From Leptogorgia sarmentosa (taxonomy: Eukaryota): DNA of 64,000 nt. The stretch lies in the NCBI GenBank assembly GCA_964658305.1, contig OZ210885.1, positions 14,942,001 to 15,006,000 of the forward strand, given 5' to 3'. The notes beneath the pieces are model-generated. The model searched no databases, was not told the origin of the DNA, and saw only the letters and a list, made by a program, of their open reading frames with translations. Of the stretch, positions 13,326 to 27,200 are shown piece by piece. Position 1 is the first letter of the stretch; each line of letters opens with the position of its first letter. Made by a program: the position numbers and the translations under genes.

Positions 13326-13847
13326 ATGGCGTCTAAGAAAGACATGTGGGACGTTTTCAGAGAGAAAATGAAGGACAAGCGTTGTAAAAAAGCAGGAAAC
13401 ACAAGGAACAATAAAGCTGTGAGTGCAGACGATTTGATTTTGCTTAAAGGAGAACTCGTTATCTGAAGGTTAAGCGCAGAAGTATCTGGTAAGGCGCAAA
13501 AATACAGCCGCAATGGGGCACGCGAATTTGTTGCCTGTGACGACGACGAAGTGAGCATTCGTGGTATAAAGGCAGCATGTGAGAAGCACTATAATCAACT
13601 GTCCAATCAAGGGTTGATATGTGATGTGCTAGCTGGCGACCAGGGGCCGTCGTGTACGTCTATAGAACATGTCCCAGATCTTAAAGTGGTACATATTAGA
13701 TTCGTGAAGGCAAAAGATGCCCAGCCATCCAGTTCATTTGTACCTTCATCGCTATCCCAGGATGTCATGAACGACCAAAGTGCTGCAGCAGGATTCATGA
13801 GTGAATATATAGATGTGAAAGAGAGTCACAGAAAGAGGAATAAATAA
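13326..13847 (+). pseudogene. Unknown protein fragment, divergent from the Zator-like gene
   Basis: ATG at 13326 gives MASKKDMWDVFREKMK...*RLSAEVSGKAQKYSRNGAREFV...IKAACEKHY...CDVLAGDQGPSC...IRF; one in-frame stop; truncated. Confidence 0.5.
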
Positions 13848-14869
13848 TGGCGATTTTGGGGAGATATGCACGTCCAAACTTTGCCTCGCGCAAGCATAAA
13901 TAATGCCCTTCGAATCCACCAACCTTTTGACATCTTAACTTATTAACTTGTTCATTTCCCGTTTCTAAACACGCATCAATTCACGATCGCAGTGTCATGA
14001 GTCATGATATGCACTACATGACTAACGGATGCTTTTGCGAACGTTTCAATCGCTTTTATCTTGCGAAGGAAAGCGAACGATATTCTGAAACTCACCGAAC
14101 TTCAAGACATTGAATCTCAAAGTCTCAAACCTATGCCAAGTTTTCACCCACGATATCAAATTGAAGACATGAGGAATTCTTAGCAAATCTTGCACACGCT
14201 TATGTCTGGAAGGTAGCACTGGAGATGAAACGAATTCCCACAGCCAAGAAAGACGCGCCATAATGTGCTTCTGTGAGTGCAATGGACGGCATCACACACT
14301 CTGGTTTAAATCACAGAGTAAGAATGAGGTAAGAATTGATCTATATATTTTTGTTGTACTATTTTAGAGACAAGGAAAGAACAGTGCAGCTGTCATTCAG
14401 TTATAGAAAGAAAGTATATATTAGTAAAATTTATTGGACAAACTGAAATTCCCTATCTGGTTTTAAATTTGATGTTTGAATTTTGCAAGCAATAACACAT
14501 TAATATATTGCACTGCAATTATATGACCAATTACATGTAACTTACTTTTGTGGATTTGGTGACATTTCCACTGAGGAAAATCCAAGTGGGAGCACTCTGT
14601 TGGTTACAACTTGTTCACCAAATAAATTGGGGAAGACCCATCTGCTTATGTCCTTCCTCTGCCTGCACTGCATCCCGTGGTTGTTGGTTGGGTGGCTTGT
14701 CCTGAGTGGGAGTGGATTAGCTCAAACTTTTTAACTAAATATTCTGCTGCTTTGGTTTTTGGACAATCATTCCGCTATCTGTTGAAGTTAAATTTTCTGG
14801 GAGGGACTAATGATGACTGAAACTCCTGCATTTCTTTCTTGCATTCATCAATCTCTCTGGGATTCCTAC

Positions 14870-16813
14870 ACCTTCCTTAAATCCTCCCCACAAATGTTGT
14901 CCCAAAGTATCTCCAGCGCATACCAATACTTTGCCAAACACAATTTTCCATTTACTGTCATGATACTACCACCATGAAGGACATTTAAATCCTTAATTAT
15001 TGGTTCTAGGATACGTTCAATACCATACTTCTTAACATACTTGGCATTCACAATTGCAAGGAGGCGAACTGCAGCCAGCTTTGACCGATACTTAGGACCG
15101 AAATTTGCTAACGTATAGTAAAACATGTGTACTTTGTGAACGCCAGCTTTGCTCCCGAGCGGATTACAAATCTCCAACTCATCATGGTAGAGAATTATTA
15201 CTAGCGCATCAGGATGTTCCTTAAAGTAATTATCATTTTGAAAAATGGAACCATCGCAAATATCATGAAGCACCCCCTTTTCACAACATTTTGTTCTTAA
15301 AATGATGAATGCGATATTTTTATTCCCTAACAATTGCTGCAAACTTTCCAAAATGGGTATATATATGACACTTTCATCTTGCTCACTAATCACTCGTTTG
15401 GCACCTTTCTTTTTCCTTACATACCTTATGCCAAGACAGATTTTTTTGTAAGCTACATAATTAAAATTCTCTTTTACATACGGTGCATGTTGTGCCTCAG
15501 TTTCAATTCCAGAAAAGGGGTCCGGGATATTATCCAGTGCTTGAAGAAGTTCAGGTTGATGATTCTTTTCACAAGGCTCGAGAATAGTAATAACTTTTTG
15601 CTTTATGTAAGTCAAAACCTGGCCTACCAAGCAGGTGGTACTTTCCTTGATATCATCCATTGCAGACTATATGGAGAAAATACATATGCTTTAAACTAAT
15701 ACCGCACATTGGAAAGAACGCATCACGCAAATGGCCCATTAGGGATATGCTTCTTTTGAGAAAAACACACGTGTTTCTGACTAATTCTAGTGAAGGAGAC
15801 TAGCTTCATACAGAAACAGATTTCCTTTAAGCAAAAGAAGTGCTTCTTTCAACATTAATTTTACACCATTGAACGTTAAGTTTCTCCCCAATGCTTACCA
15901 CATCAAGTTATTTTATATCATGCATGGTATGTATAGGCTTTACTGCAGCTACAAATATGAGTTTAAGTTGTAAACTTGGTTACCTACTTGTGGTATTTTG
16001 TTTTGTTCTTTTATCTTCAATAAAAACAATGCTGCACTTTGTTGGATGTCAACCAGTTCAATCTACAAAAGTCGTAGTAAAATTGTCAAATCATGCACCA
16101 GTGTACCAATTTGTAGCTTGTACTGTATATATATTTTGTCCTGGCTCTTTTATGTATTTTCTGCTGGGCATTATTTATTAATTTTTGGAAGCCTTGATTG
16201 AACTGCAGGCATTCTGTGTTGGATTAAAATGTCATTTTACAGTACAGTAAGTTGATGTGAGTCAATCAGCTACACACACTATAAATACATTGAAATGCAT
16301 GCCATTATTCACAAAAAATCCAATATAAATTAGTAAAGCATCCAATAAAATTGACAAAATTAAATACAGTACCTGATCTGCAGCCTGGTGGTTTTCATCC
16401 ATATCCTCGTCCATATCACTGTGTTCGCTGTCGTTAATATCATTACTATGGTGTTGATACTGATCATTGTTGTTAGTGACTTCATCTTCAGCTCTGTCCT
16501 GTTGTGGAGCTTGTGCTTGCTTGTCGTATACCGCCTGATGTTTGGAAACATGTTTATAAAAAGAATTGTACTTTTTAAAAACTGCAGGACAACCATCAAC
16601 ATTGCAAGCCACTTGAAAATTTGGCTCGTTTCGGTGAATAACAAAACAATGGTTCAAAAGAGCTCGTAAAGTCAACGATTTAAACACATTGCAACACAAG
16701 CAAGTTAAAACTCTACCATCCATTTCACTCCATTTGCACCAAAACTTTTCTTTATGGAACAAACATTTTTGCAAAACAGAAGCCTCACTGCCTTTGCTTG
16801 ATTTATATTTCAT
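14870..16813 (-). pseudogene. EnSpm/CACTA (animal type) transposase, 3'-truncated, with N-terminal C2H2 fingers
   Basis: C..C...H...H / C.VDGC...F....FYKH...H exon; core LYHDELEICNPLGSKAGVHK..MFYYTLAN..PKYRSKL..V.LLAI; breaks after GFKEGVG. Confidence 0.8.
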
Positions 16814-17278
16814 TATACATATGGATAAATATGGATTATAACTTCCACCATTAATGCAACGTCAGGCAAAATATGCATCTACAAAAAGCTTTTAAAAGGC
16901 CTGTAGTGACCTTTGTGAGTGTACTGTATAAGCATAACATTTCTTGATAAATTTTGATTGGTTGCATGGACGTTTTTTAAACTTAGTTGACCTAATTATG
17001 TCTGTAAAGCATGTTATCAAGATTTGAAAATGAAATTTTTTAAGGAAAACTCCCGCCAAAATTGAAACAGCGCAGTATGATTGGTCGGGCCTGGTTGATT
17101 AACTGTCATCTCTCGTTCATATTTTCTAAATCTTCAGCTTTTTCTCGTTCAGAAAGGCAGAAATGTTTTTTATCCGATATAAATTCCAGTTTGTTGTGAA
17201 ACATTTTCAGTTTTTAAATTGAAGAGATTTTCCCGCCGTTTTGTGGACACTTTTAAAGCAAAGATGACTTCAAATTCG

Positions 17279-17485
17279 TTGCTACAGAGCATTCAACAAG
17301 CTGTCGGCGATGATGCTGTTAAAGTATTTGAAGGTCAGTAAAACCGAAAAGCAAAACTTTGCTTTACGTTACTTCAGTTAATTTGCTACAGAGCATTCAA
17401 CAAGCTGTCGACGATGATGCTGTTAAAGTGTTTGAAGGTTAGTAAAACCGAAAAGCAAAACTTTGCTTTACGTTACTTCAGTTAA
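17279..17485. repeat. ~103-bp tandem duplication
   Basis: TTGCTACAGAGCATTCAACAAGCTGTC...ACTTCAGTTAATT occurs twice in tandem with few mismatches. Confidence 0.9.
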
Positions 17486-18072
17486 TTTTTTATATAGAAT
17501 AGAAAACAGTTCCAGGAGTCAGTATAAAAAATGGTGAGCTACAACTTGTTTTTCTTCTAGCTGCTGAATTAACCAGAGACGATGACATAGGACAACTGTG
17601 CTATGGCGTGTTAAAAGAGCTTTTCTCTGCCACTGATGGAAAGACATTGGTGCTAAGGTTGAAAGTTTGGAAAATTATCTCGACGCCTAAACCTATGCCT
17701 TTGGTAAGTCTTTAACACTAGTTTTCGTGTTTGTTTCCTATTGTATTTTCATGGCCAGAAAAAATAGTTTTCCTCTTAGCTTTTAGGGACAAAGACCTAG
17801 AATATTTCAGTAAGGTAGACTTGCCCACCATAATTTGGTATTTTATCCTGTCTAACCTGGTTTTTTAAGTAGGGGGTCGTGAAGGGGGCCTAGGTTCCAT
17901 CTTAATTTTTATTAAAATCCCACTTTCCAGTCTAACTTTCACCCTAATGGAGCATTTCATTTAATATAGGCATGGCAAAAAACTACCAGAATTAGACTGT
18001 TAGCCATGTTGTTGATGTAACAAAGCTACAAATTATGCATGCATGACAGCCGGGGTATAGTTGCCAGCCTTA

Positions 18073-18230
18073 ACCTCCTTGGCTTAGTGGTATAAGAACA
18101 CTGCACCGGATCGGATTCGCAAGGATGCATGTTCTTGGTTTGGACCCACATTGTATGCACACACTTCAGTGATTCTCTATCAAACAGTAATTGCTGGGTT
18201 GCTTATGAGCCCCTCCATGGCAATGTGGAC
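18073..18230 (+). repeat. Possible degenerate tRNA-derived SINE
   Basis: A-box-like TGGCTTAGTGG followed by CACTGCACCGG..TCGCAAGG; B-box degenerate. Confidence 0.3.
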
Positions 18231-19122
18231 ATATACAGTAGGGCTATATATATACAGAGTACAGCTGATTTTTATAATAGGGATTACTGTTCATACAATT
18301 GCAAAAAAGGCTATACAATGAAAAAGCAAAATCTAAGAAAAAAGAAAAAAATCCAACTCATACACAGGTGCTGAACCCAGCTGCAATTGACGGAGATAAC
18401 GTTATTTCTAATGAAAGCTTTGTGGGTATGTTTTAAAACTGATTGAACTACATAGTTTGGTCATAGAATAGGAAATAATTGGAATGGCAACTAAAGTCGG
18501 AACCTTTGAAGCTTTGAATTTTCAGATGAGGATGCTGCTGGTGAATACCCACATGGAATAATAACACAATACTACAATTAACTGAGCAAAGAAATGCAAA
18601 AATCCAAACCAAATGTGGAGATTATCAATCTTTACTTAAATAAGGACTTTCCGGCAAGAAGAGAGTGGCTTCTGTCAACTGCAGCACAAACATGCTGCGA
18701 AGAGTTTTTCCTCAAGTATCCTTGTTTCCAAGATCACATTGAGGTATCAGAGATAATCATAAGTTTAGCTTAATTCTATTTGAATATTCTATTTTTTCCC
18801 CATTTCCGCTAAGATTTCATCTCGGCGGAAATATTGTCTTCTTCATCATCATCATCAACAATTGTAGTACTCATAGCTTGTGATTAATAAAATGTAGAAG
18901 GAGCTCTATTGTATCTTCGATAGTGAGTTATGTTCATTTTATTATTTATTTTAGATGGTGGAAGAGATTCGCAGAATTCAAAAGCGACCTGAAGACAAAA
19001 ACAGAAAAGCATACCTTGAAGCCTGCATAGAAAGTAGAAATTCAAAACTAGACCTCCTTATTTATTATGGGGTGTATAAGAAAGTCATAGAAGATCCTTT
19101 AAACCCCAATAACAGTAAGTTG

Positions 19123-19779
19123 AGCATGCAAGAACGCTTGTATTAATTGTGAAAATTGTATACTGTGCATGAAAATGTACCCGAAATCTTGTACCATATG
19201 TATGTTATGGTTTATGCATGCTCAAAATAATTCTAAGCAATACAAATAGTTTAAGTATCTTCAAGGCAAGGAAGTCAATGTTCTGTCAGTGCGAAGAATA
19301 TCCAGCATGACAATAGACACTATGTCGTTGTAGAAGTGAGCAGTCTTGGCTGGGAAATTCATCGCTTAAAGTACGAGAAGCAAGAGTACCACATCATCAG
19401 ACGTCACAACGTCTACAAGCCCTTGTGGGCGAATCACCTGGAGATCGCATTCAGGTGACACCAAAATCTCACCACAGAGTCAACACATATTACCACTCTA
19501 TCGACAAAATACTTTCCAAGCTTGAAGTATGATTCAGTGGAAATCATCAGCAAATAATTTACGCCCTTGGCGATGTCTGCCAAAGTGAAACCCCCAAAAT
19601 GGAGAGCTTTACTACAGTTGCAAAATTTTATGACATGGATGAAGACATTCTACAGGTAAAACAGAAGCTGTTCATCACATTTTGTTGTAAGCATGCAAGA
19701 ATGCTTGTATTAATTGTGAAAATTGTATACTGTGCGTGAAAATGTACCCGAAATCTTGTACCATATGTATGTTATGGTT
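19123..19779 (+). repeat. 90-bp direct repeat enclosing a hAT-transposase-like fragment
   Basis: 19123-19212 matches 19690-19779 (2 mismatches seen). The insert reads TPKSHHRVNTYYHSIDKILSKL...FS...ALGDV and VAKFYDMD. Confidence 0.7.
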
Positions 19780-19941
19780 ATGAGAATATATATGATCCAC
19801 CTCATGAAATCGAAAGTTCTACTTTATTTAGTATATATAGATGCAAAATTAATTCACCTGATCAAAAACATTGCCGTTATCTTCCCTGGAAAAAAGAAGA
19901 AAAACGAATTATCTATATGTTGTTTACAACATGGAAGTAAG

Positions 19942-20085
19942 CAGGGCCGTTGCTAGAACGTAATTGGGGGTGCATATTCATATTTTGGCATTCTGCCGAC
20001 TGATTTTTTTTATGAATTAATTTCTAAAGAAATCAGTCGGCAGAACGCCAAAATATGAATATGCACCCCCCAGTTAACGGCCCTG
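19942..20085. mobile_element. hAT-type MITE (144 bp)
   Basis: CAGGGCCGTT...AACGGCCCTG termini, long internal palindrome, 8-bp TSD GAAGTAAG (19934-19941 and 20086-20093). Confidence 0.9.
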
Positions 20086-20809
20086 GAAGTAAGACATTAA
20101 AGTTTAGATTGCATTATTATATATCGTCAAATAATACAGGTCACCTTGAATTATTGAACATACACAATGATATAACATTTACGTTATTTTTTTCATTTAA
20201 CCGTAACAGTGTTACTGTACAATGAGTTAACAACTTGATTTTATGTATAGAATCACGAGGATCCTGATCAATGGCTAAAACAAAGAAAGCTGGAAACCCC
20301 GGTACTGCTTAAGACAGAAACAGAAATGTATCTCGTTGTAGGAAAGAGAATCATCTGTACATTCAACATCAAAGAAATCCCAGAAGCAATTATGGCTTAC
20401 CTCACTTCGTATTATGCACTTAATTTCGACTACCCCCAAAGTCGCAAACTGGAGTTGTCCATCCTGCAGTTTTTCTCCTTTGAAGACCAAGCTACGCCAA
20501 TTAATATGGCTAAGTTATTTAACAATGTGCTAGCTGAGTTTAACAAGTATGTGGAGGCATGGTAATGATTATATACATATAGTTTGAAGTGACAGTTAAA
20601 ACACTGGCTGTTTCAGTATAGAATATGTTTTTAATACACTCAACACACATCGTAAATTTTGGCGAACTGTACAAAGCACCTAAATATGGAAGAATGTTAC
20701 ATTTTTATATGTATTTATCAAGATTTTATATCACTTATTTTATCAATGTTGTAAATCAAGAAAACATGTTATTGAAATACAGTTAAATTATTTTCACTTA
20801 ACAGTATTC

Positions 20810-21015
20810 TGAAAACTAGCAATAACATTTTTAAATTAAGAATTTTGTTCTTGGTAAGAATTCTCGCCTTGCAAGAATTTTTTTATTATAAGAGTGTTGA
20901 AGATGACCAAAATTCTTATTAAGAACGACGAAATTCTAATCTAGACAAAAATACTTGATACGAATTCTTGCCTAGAAATATTTTCCTGGTTAGTAATTTT
21001 TGCTTGCTATTCTGA
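20810..21015. repeat. EnSpm-type subterminal repeat region / terminus
   Basis: Repeated AAGAATT(C)TT and CTAGCAA motifs ending CTTGCTATTCTGAC, downstream of the companion gene. Confidence 0.55.
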
Positions 21016-21233
21016 CTGTCGGAGACTGCATCATAACCTACGTAACATTATTGACATAACATTGATTATTAGGTAATTAAGGTTGAATGATTAGTGATTG
21101 ACATTGGGATAATAATCAAGGGAGCGATAATTAAAAAGGGAAGATTAGAGACAGAGAGATCAGAACGAGACAGGACTGCAAGTGATTGTGAGCGAATTAT
21201 ATTAATTAAAGTTGTTAGCAAAACCCTGGTTTT

Positions 21234-24200
21234 TAGTGCAAAGTTTAACTTTGCAGTATTGTGATGAGGGGCGAAATTTCACATCAGTCATTCAGCGATT
21301 CATAGTGTAAACTCCGGGGGGAGCGTCCCAAATTCTCCTGATATGCGAAACTCCGTAGTTGACTGATATCCTGGGAATGTTTGAACAAAAATGATTCGAT
21401 TGCAGTTATATATCATTGCTCATCATTATTTGCAGTTGTTCTCATCCATACGAAAGTTAGTTAGATGAGAAATGTCATCAAAGAAGCGCACAAATACAGT
21501 ACACAATGGCGGAGGACACATGCTCAACTCAGCACATGTCTGGGGAATAAAATTACACAATATGGCGGATGCTAAGAGTGGGACCGTGAATTAGTAATTC
21601 ACTATGATGATAATATGTGGCCAGCATGTCTGAATACGTTGATAAAGCAGTTGTAATGATGTTTATATATCAGCAATGAATCTAGAGATTTGAATTTATT
21701 ATCATTATTGGTAGAAAACTTGTATTTGGCTCGTCATGCACAATTTAAAATAGCTACTGTTAACTACCGCCGTGCGTATTATATTAAAACATTTAGTTGG
21801 CTGACATTGCCATCGCAATTCGCAAATAGCGGGCAAACTAAGATGTGTAACACAGTAGAACTCGTCACAACAAGATGTCTTCGACTCTTCCCGTCTTCCG
21901 GCCTCGCGGTTGTTTGTTTACCAGACATACCGGGATTTACAGAATTTTCGATACCAAAAGAACTGTGGGAAACTCCGCTCTGTGACACTGAGAATTTCAC
22001 ATTTTCACATTTATTACCCGATTTAAAAGAAAAATACTATTACAACAAAATATGAACAAAAACGTCACTCGTGTCCAGTTCTCCTGTATGCCCGTCCATG
22101 ACAGTTTTCTACACCCTCCCCCCATAAAAGTGTGTAACAGCCTTTTATGTCCGGTCCTAATCAGTCCTCCAACTTGTTTAACGATACGCCCTTGGTTATA
22201 TCAATCGCCGCGCTCTTTGCTTTTCTCTGTGGCCTAGCATTTGGTGTAACTTCAGTAGCTTGCATCCCGTCAGCTTCATTGCGTTTCGCCTGATCAGTCT
22301 TCTCGGTTTCACAAATTTCCAAATCGCAAACCAATTGCACAGGTCTTTCTACTACGTACCCAGCTCCCGTCTTGATCTTGTATCCTCTCAATACTCTGTC
22401 TTTCCCCCGAATCGTTTTAACAATTCGACCAATCTGCCATTTCGATTTTATTTTACTGCTGTACGTAATCATAACAATAGAGCCCACTCCTGGTAGCGAT
22501 TCGTCTGTTCCGATGGTCTTTCGGTGCCGCTCTTCCAATGTGTTTATGTATTCTGTCTGCCAACGCTTTCTAAGGAGTTGCCGACAGGACTTCAGAAATT
22601 TTATTCTTTTTGTCACTAGGCCTTTCTCGTCCATCTCATCCAAGTCTTCTTCCGGGAAATATGCTGAAGAGCCGTGTATCAACAGGTTTGGTGTGAGAAT
22701 TGGGTGTTCTATTTCTTCTTCTTGATAGCAGAGCGGACGATGGTTCATGAAACACTCGATATCAAGTAAAACTTCTTCTAGTTCTTCGTATTTTAGAAGC
22801 ACCCGGCCAACAACTTTGGATAGGCTTGTTTTCATTATACCGACCATTCGTTCGTAGAATCCGCCCCACCACGGAGCCCTGGCATTCCACGTCTAGCAAC
22901 GAATTCTTTCAGGGTTCTTTTGAATTTTTCAGCAGCCATTGTCTTGCATAGTTTAAGGTGGACAGCCCTCGTGGCCGCACAGGTAAACAAAGTCACATAT
23001 GCTTTCTCGATTTCCTTCTTGGCGGTTCGGTAGAGCAATGGCCCAGCAAAGTCAACTCCCGTCACCGCAAAAGGATGCGTCATCTCGGTCCTGAACTTTG
23101 GCAATGGCGCCGTCGTGGTGGGTGGAGGGGTCTTGCTCGGTGCGTCTTACACTTGTTGCACTCATGTATGACACTTTTCACTAGAACTCTCAGTTGTGGT
23201 ATCCAGAACTGTTCTCTGACCCTTGCCATGGTCAACGATACTCCCCCGTGCCCAATTTGTTCGTGGAATTTCCTGACCAGGGCGCGGTCGAAAACACAAT
23301 TTCTGGGCACGAAAATTGGTCTATAACCAGTTACACGACTACTTACTCTCAACAGTCCGTCATTATCTTTGGTCAAGTCGACGTTGGGGACCGTTGTTAC
23401 GTCTTTTTGAACGTGGCGCAACGACAACGTTTCCGCTTCGATGATCTCTTCTGTACTCAAGCATCCACTTCGTTTCCCTTTCATTGCGTTCTTCGTGAAT
23501 CTTATCATGTAGGCGGTAACGCGTAAGAGTTTGCTGTAGTTGAATCTTCTAAGCATCCCGTCCATTATTTCTTGATCCTGATCGTGATCTACCTCGGCCA
23601 TGGTTAAGGTGTTCTGAACGATTTTTTCTTCACCCGCTTCCTTTGTTTCCGAGATATCTGGTTGATTTGGCCATTGGTTGTGAGAAGAAAGCCACACAGG
23701 GCCCTTGAACCACGAGTCAGAAAGCTTACTTGGTGCTGATCCTCTGGTTCCCACGTCACTCGGGTTCTCCTTTGTTGGCACATAGAGCCACCTCGCTTCG
23801 CTCAATTCGGATATCTGTTTAACCCGATTTCGCACAAAAATGGACCACGTCCCTCTGTTGGCGAGCCAATACAACACGGTGATGCTGTCTACCCAGTTGA
23901 AGGCAGCTTGTATGCCGGTGGTTTTCAGTGCTTTAAGAACATTGCTTTGTAGCTTGGCTAGTGTTAACGCGCCAATTAGTTCCAACCTTGGGATGCTTGC
24001 GTTTTTCGGGGCAACTCGAGATTTGGCCACAAGTAGTCTTTGATTGACTGGCATAGACTCATAGTACTCGACCACGTAAATAGCCGCGCAGATCGCCACC
24101 TTGCTTGCGTCCGAGAACCCATGAAGTTCGAATTGATCTCCCCCTTTGATAACGACACTTCGTGGTACCTTGATGAAGCCCTGCTTTTGCAGATGTTTAA

Positions 24201-27200
24201 CCCATGTGAACCATTCGTGGACAATCTCGTCTGGTAACTGTTCGTCCCAGTGCTTCTTCAACAGGCAAATCTCTACGAAAATCAGCTTGGCCGTGATCAT
24301 GACTGGTGAGGACCAACCCAAAACATCGTAGACGCTGTTGATCGCGGCGATTATTTTTCGCTTTGTGATTGGTTTCTGAAGTTTAATACAGGTGTCAAAG
24401 TTTATCGTCATCACGTCGGTTTTCTTATCCCAGGGGAGTCCCAGAATTTTCGTCTCGCTGGTTGATGGGCTTCCGACCAAGGTTTTTGCGTATGTTGTAT
24501 CGCTTTTATTTATGCTCGTCTTTGTTTCCACGGCTGGGCAATTACTGTGCCATTTATGTAGCTGAAATCCGGCTTCCTTCATGATCTCCGTTGACTCATT
24601 CTTGAATTTTACTACATCTTCCTCTGAATCACCTCCCCCTTGAATATCATCCACGTACGTGTCGTTGCGCAATGAGTCGACGGTGCTCGCGTATTTGGCC
24701 TGATATTGCTCCAAATGTTTTCCATAGTGGCGCCGAGAATGTAGGGGCTGGATGTGGCCCCAAAGATCGCACGTGTGAACCGATATTCCACCATGTTGCA
24801 ACACTCTAAATCATCATACCAAAGCACTCGTTGATTGTCTCGATCACACCGCTGTATCATGATTTGGAGGAACGCCTTCTTCACGTCCCCAGTGACACAG
24901 TAACGGCAAAACCGATTTCGTATCAGAATGTCAAACAAGAGAGGTTGCAGTGAAGGCCCAGTTTCTAAGCAATCGTTCAGGGATGGTACCTTGTCGTTGG
25001 CTTTAGAGGAGCAGTCGTACACGATACGCAGTTTGGTCGATTCAGCCTGGTCTCTCATCACGGGCTGGTGGGGAACATAATGCACGGTTTTCCCACTTGG
25101 TTTGTCAGGTACGCGTTCGAGCACTCCAGTCGTTAGCTGTTCCTGCATGATGTTGTTGTATTCCTCCAACCTTCCACATCTTTCAAGTTTTCGTGTCGTA
25201 CTGTGTAATCTTGCAATTGACAGCTGCTTGTTGTCTGGCAATGTCATGTGACAGGGTTTCCAAGGCAATCTAGTTTCGTAAAATCCTTCTTCGTTCTTTT
25301 CAAGTTGTTGCTTGAAATTCTCATGAACGAAGACTTCTTTGTCAATTGGATCGGCCACACCAAGGACATCTAGGTTACACAGTTTTTCAAACTCTTCTCG
25401 AGCTGTATGAAGCAATAACTGTTTTACTACTCGTGTCCCTTGTTGCTTCCCACCGAACCCCGCCCATCCTAACATGGTAAACTCAGCGCCCGCGTCCGAA
25501 TCTGGGTTGTTCCCCAATATCAGTGACCCATTGGTTCTAATCCTCTGGAAGTCCGAGACTCCAAGCATAACATGTACCGGCATGCATTCTGACGTCGTCT
25601 TTTCTTCGCACAAACTTACTCTCTTTAGTTTCGGATTTCGTCGTTTCAAATCTGTGATTCTTGGATTCGGAAGAGTCGTTAATACCTCTTTTTCCGCATT
25701 AATGCATTCAATCGTTATCTCATAACCACTGACGGCCAGCGACTCCAAAGTAACTTCATAGAACTCCACAACTTTGTCGACTGTTCCATACATTTGTTCA
25801 ATGCGGCGCTTTTCCTTCCGTGTAGGCACCAACCTCAACTTCGTTATCAGGTCGCTACAAATGTACGAGCTGCTTGCACCAGTGTCAATCATAATCCGCG
25901 CAGTTTCAATCCCAATTTTTGCATGTAGTGTTGGGTGTACCGTTGCTCTGTTACCTTGGGTTGCCCCCAGGAGCCTGTCGGTAGGTTCTTGACCCTGCCC
26001 ATTGGCGCATTGAATACCTGCATAGCCCTTTTCTCCTTTCATCTCATCCATTGATGATGCGGGTTTTTGTGAACAAATGGACGTGTGGTGTCATTGTCCA
26101 CACTTGTGACAGCCTTGTGCTCTACACGCTGACGCTCGATGGCCCGGAGTCGCACAATTGTAACAAGAATTCTTTTGCTTTAAAATTTCCCATCGTTTGC
26201 TAATGTCCAATATCTTGGTGCACTTGACGCTGGTATGTTCCTTAGACTCACAGTAAATGCACTGCTTTTGTTTGGTCCTTTCTCCACCATTTCCAAGAAG
26301 TAACTTCTCATGGTCAGCCCACCGACTCCGTTTTTTCCAATCCTGTTTTCCGGCCACTTCACCTTCTTCTTCACGGATGGGATTGTGATTTACAAACTTG
26401 TTCAAGCTCTCCACCAACTCTGTCAATCCCCACGTCTCCCAGTCGTCATCTTTCTGAACTAGGACCTCTCTCACCGGCCCTAATTTGTCCATCAATGTGT
26501 ACACTGCGCTCTGAGCTGTTTCCAATTTTTTCATTGTTGTAAGTGCCCTAACGATCCTTGACAGTTTGTTGTAAAAATCATGGATTGGTTTAAGCTTGTG
26601 AATACTAGTTATAGCGTGCAGACTTTCAAGGTCCTTAATCAACGCTTTATGTACCTTCGTGTCTTTGCCATAGTTCTCTACAAGTATCTTCTTAGCCTCT
26701 TCATTCCCAGATGTGTTATGGGGCAAACCCAGTATATCATCACGTGGTTTGCCCTTCACTAACTCCAGAAGATAATGAAATTTGCTTACATCAGAAATCT
26801 TAGTATCATTGACTTCCACTGTAAACTGGTTCCAGAATCTCAACCAGTCCATGTAATCCCCCGTAAAAGGTGTTATTGTATACTTCTCTAACTTGACTGT
26901 AGATCGATTCTCACTGCCTGTGCTCGTCGCACCCACTGTCTCCTCACCCTGCCTTTGCAGTTCCGATTTCTTCCTCAACCATTCCTCCTCTGCTTGTTGC
27001 TTTCTCAACATTACCTCTTGTAGTTCTTCCTCTTGTTGCAATCGTAATTTTCGTTGCTGATCATTCATTCGTTTCTGGGCCTCAAGTTCCTGTTGAAATG
27101 CTTCTTCCTGTTTTTGTGCTCGAAAATTGTCCAATCGTTGTTTGCAATTGTCCCTTGCTTTCCGGAAACTCAGAATGCTGTCCTTTTGTTTCTCAGCCCA

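Larger units (their letters stand above)
17264..20565 (+). pseudogene. Multi-exon companion gene of the EnSpm element (SAMD3-like C-terminus)
   Basis: Divergent from the transposase, with GT/AG exons; last exon AIMAYLTSYYALNFDYPQ...SILQFF, a motif typical of EnSpm second ORFs; KDFPARREW...KYPCF exon. Confidence 0.6.

Noticed and set aside
13850..14865. Possible coding remnants
   Set aside because: No recognisable motifs or boundaries.
21016..21233. Possible solo LTR starting TGTCGGAG, split by HINE A
   Set aside because: No clear CA end or TSD could be fixed.
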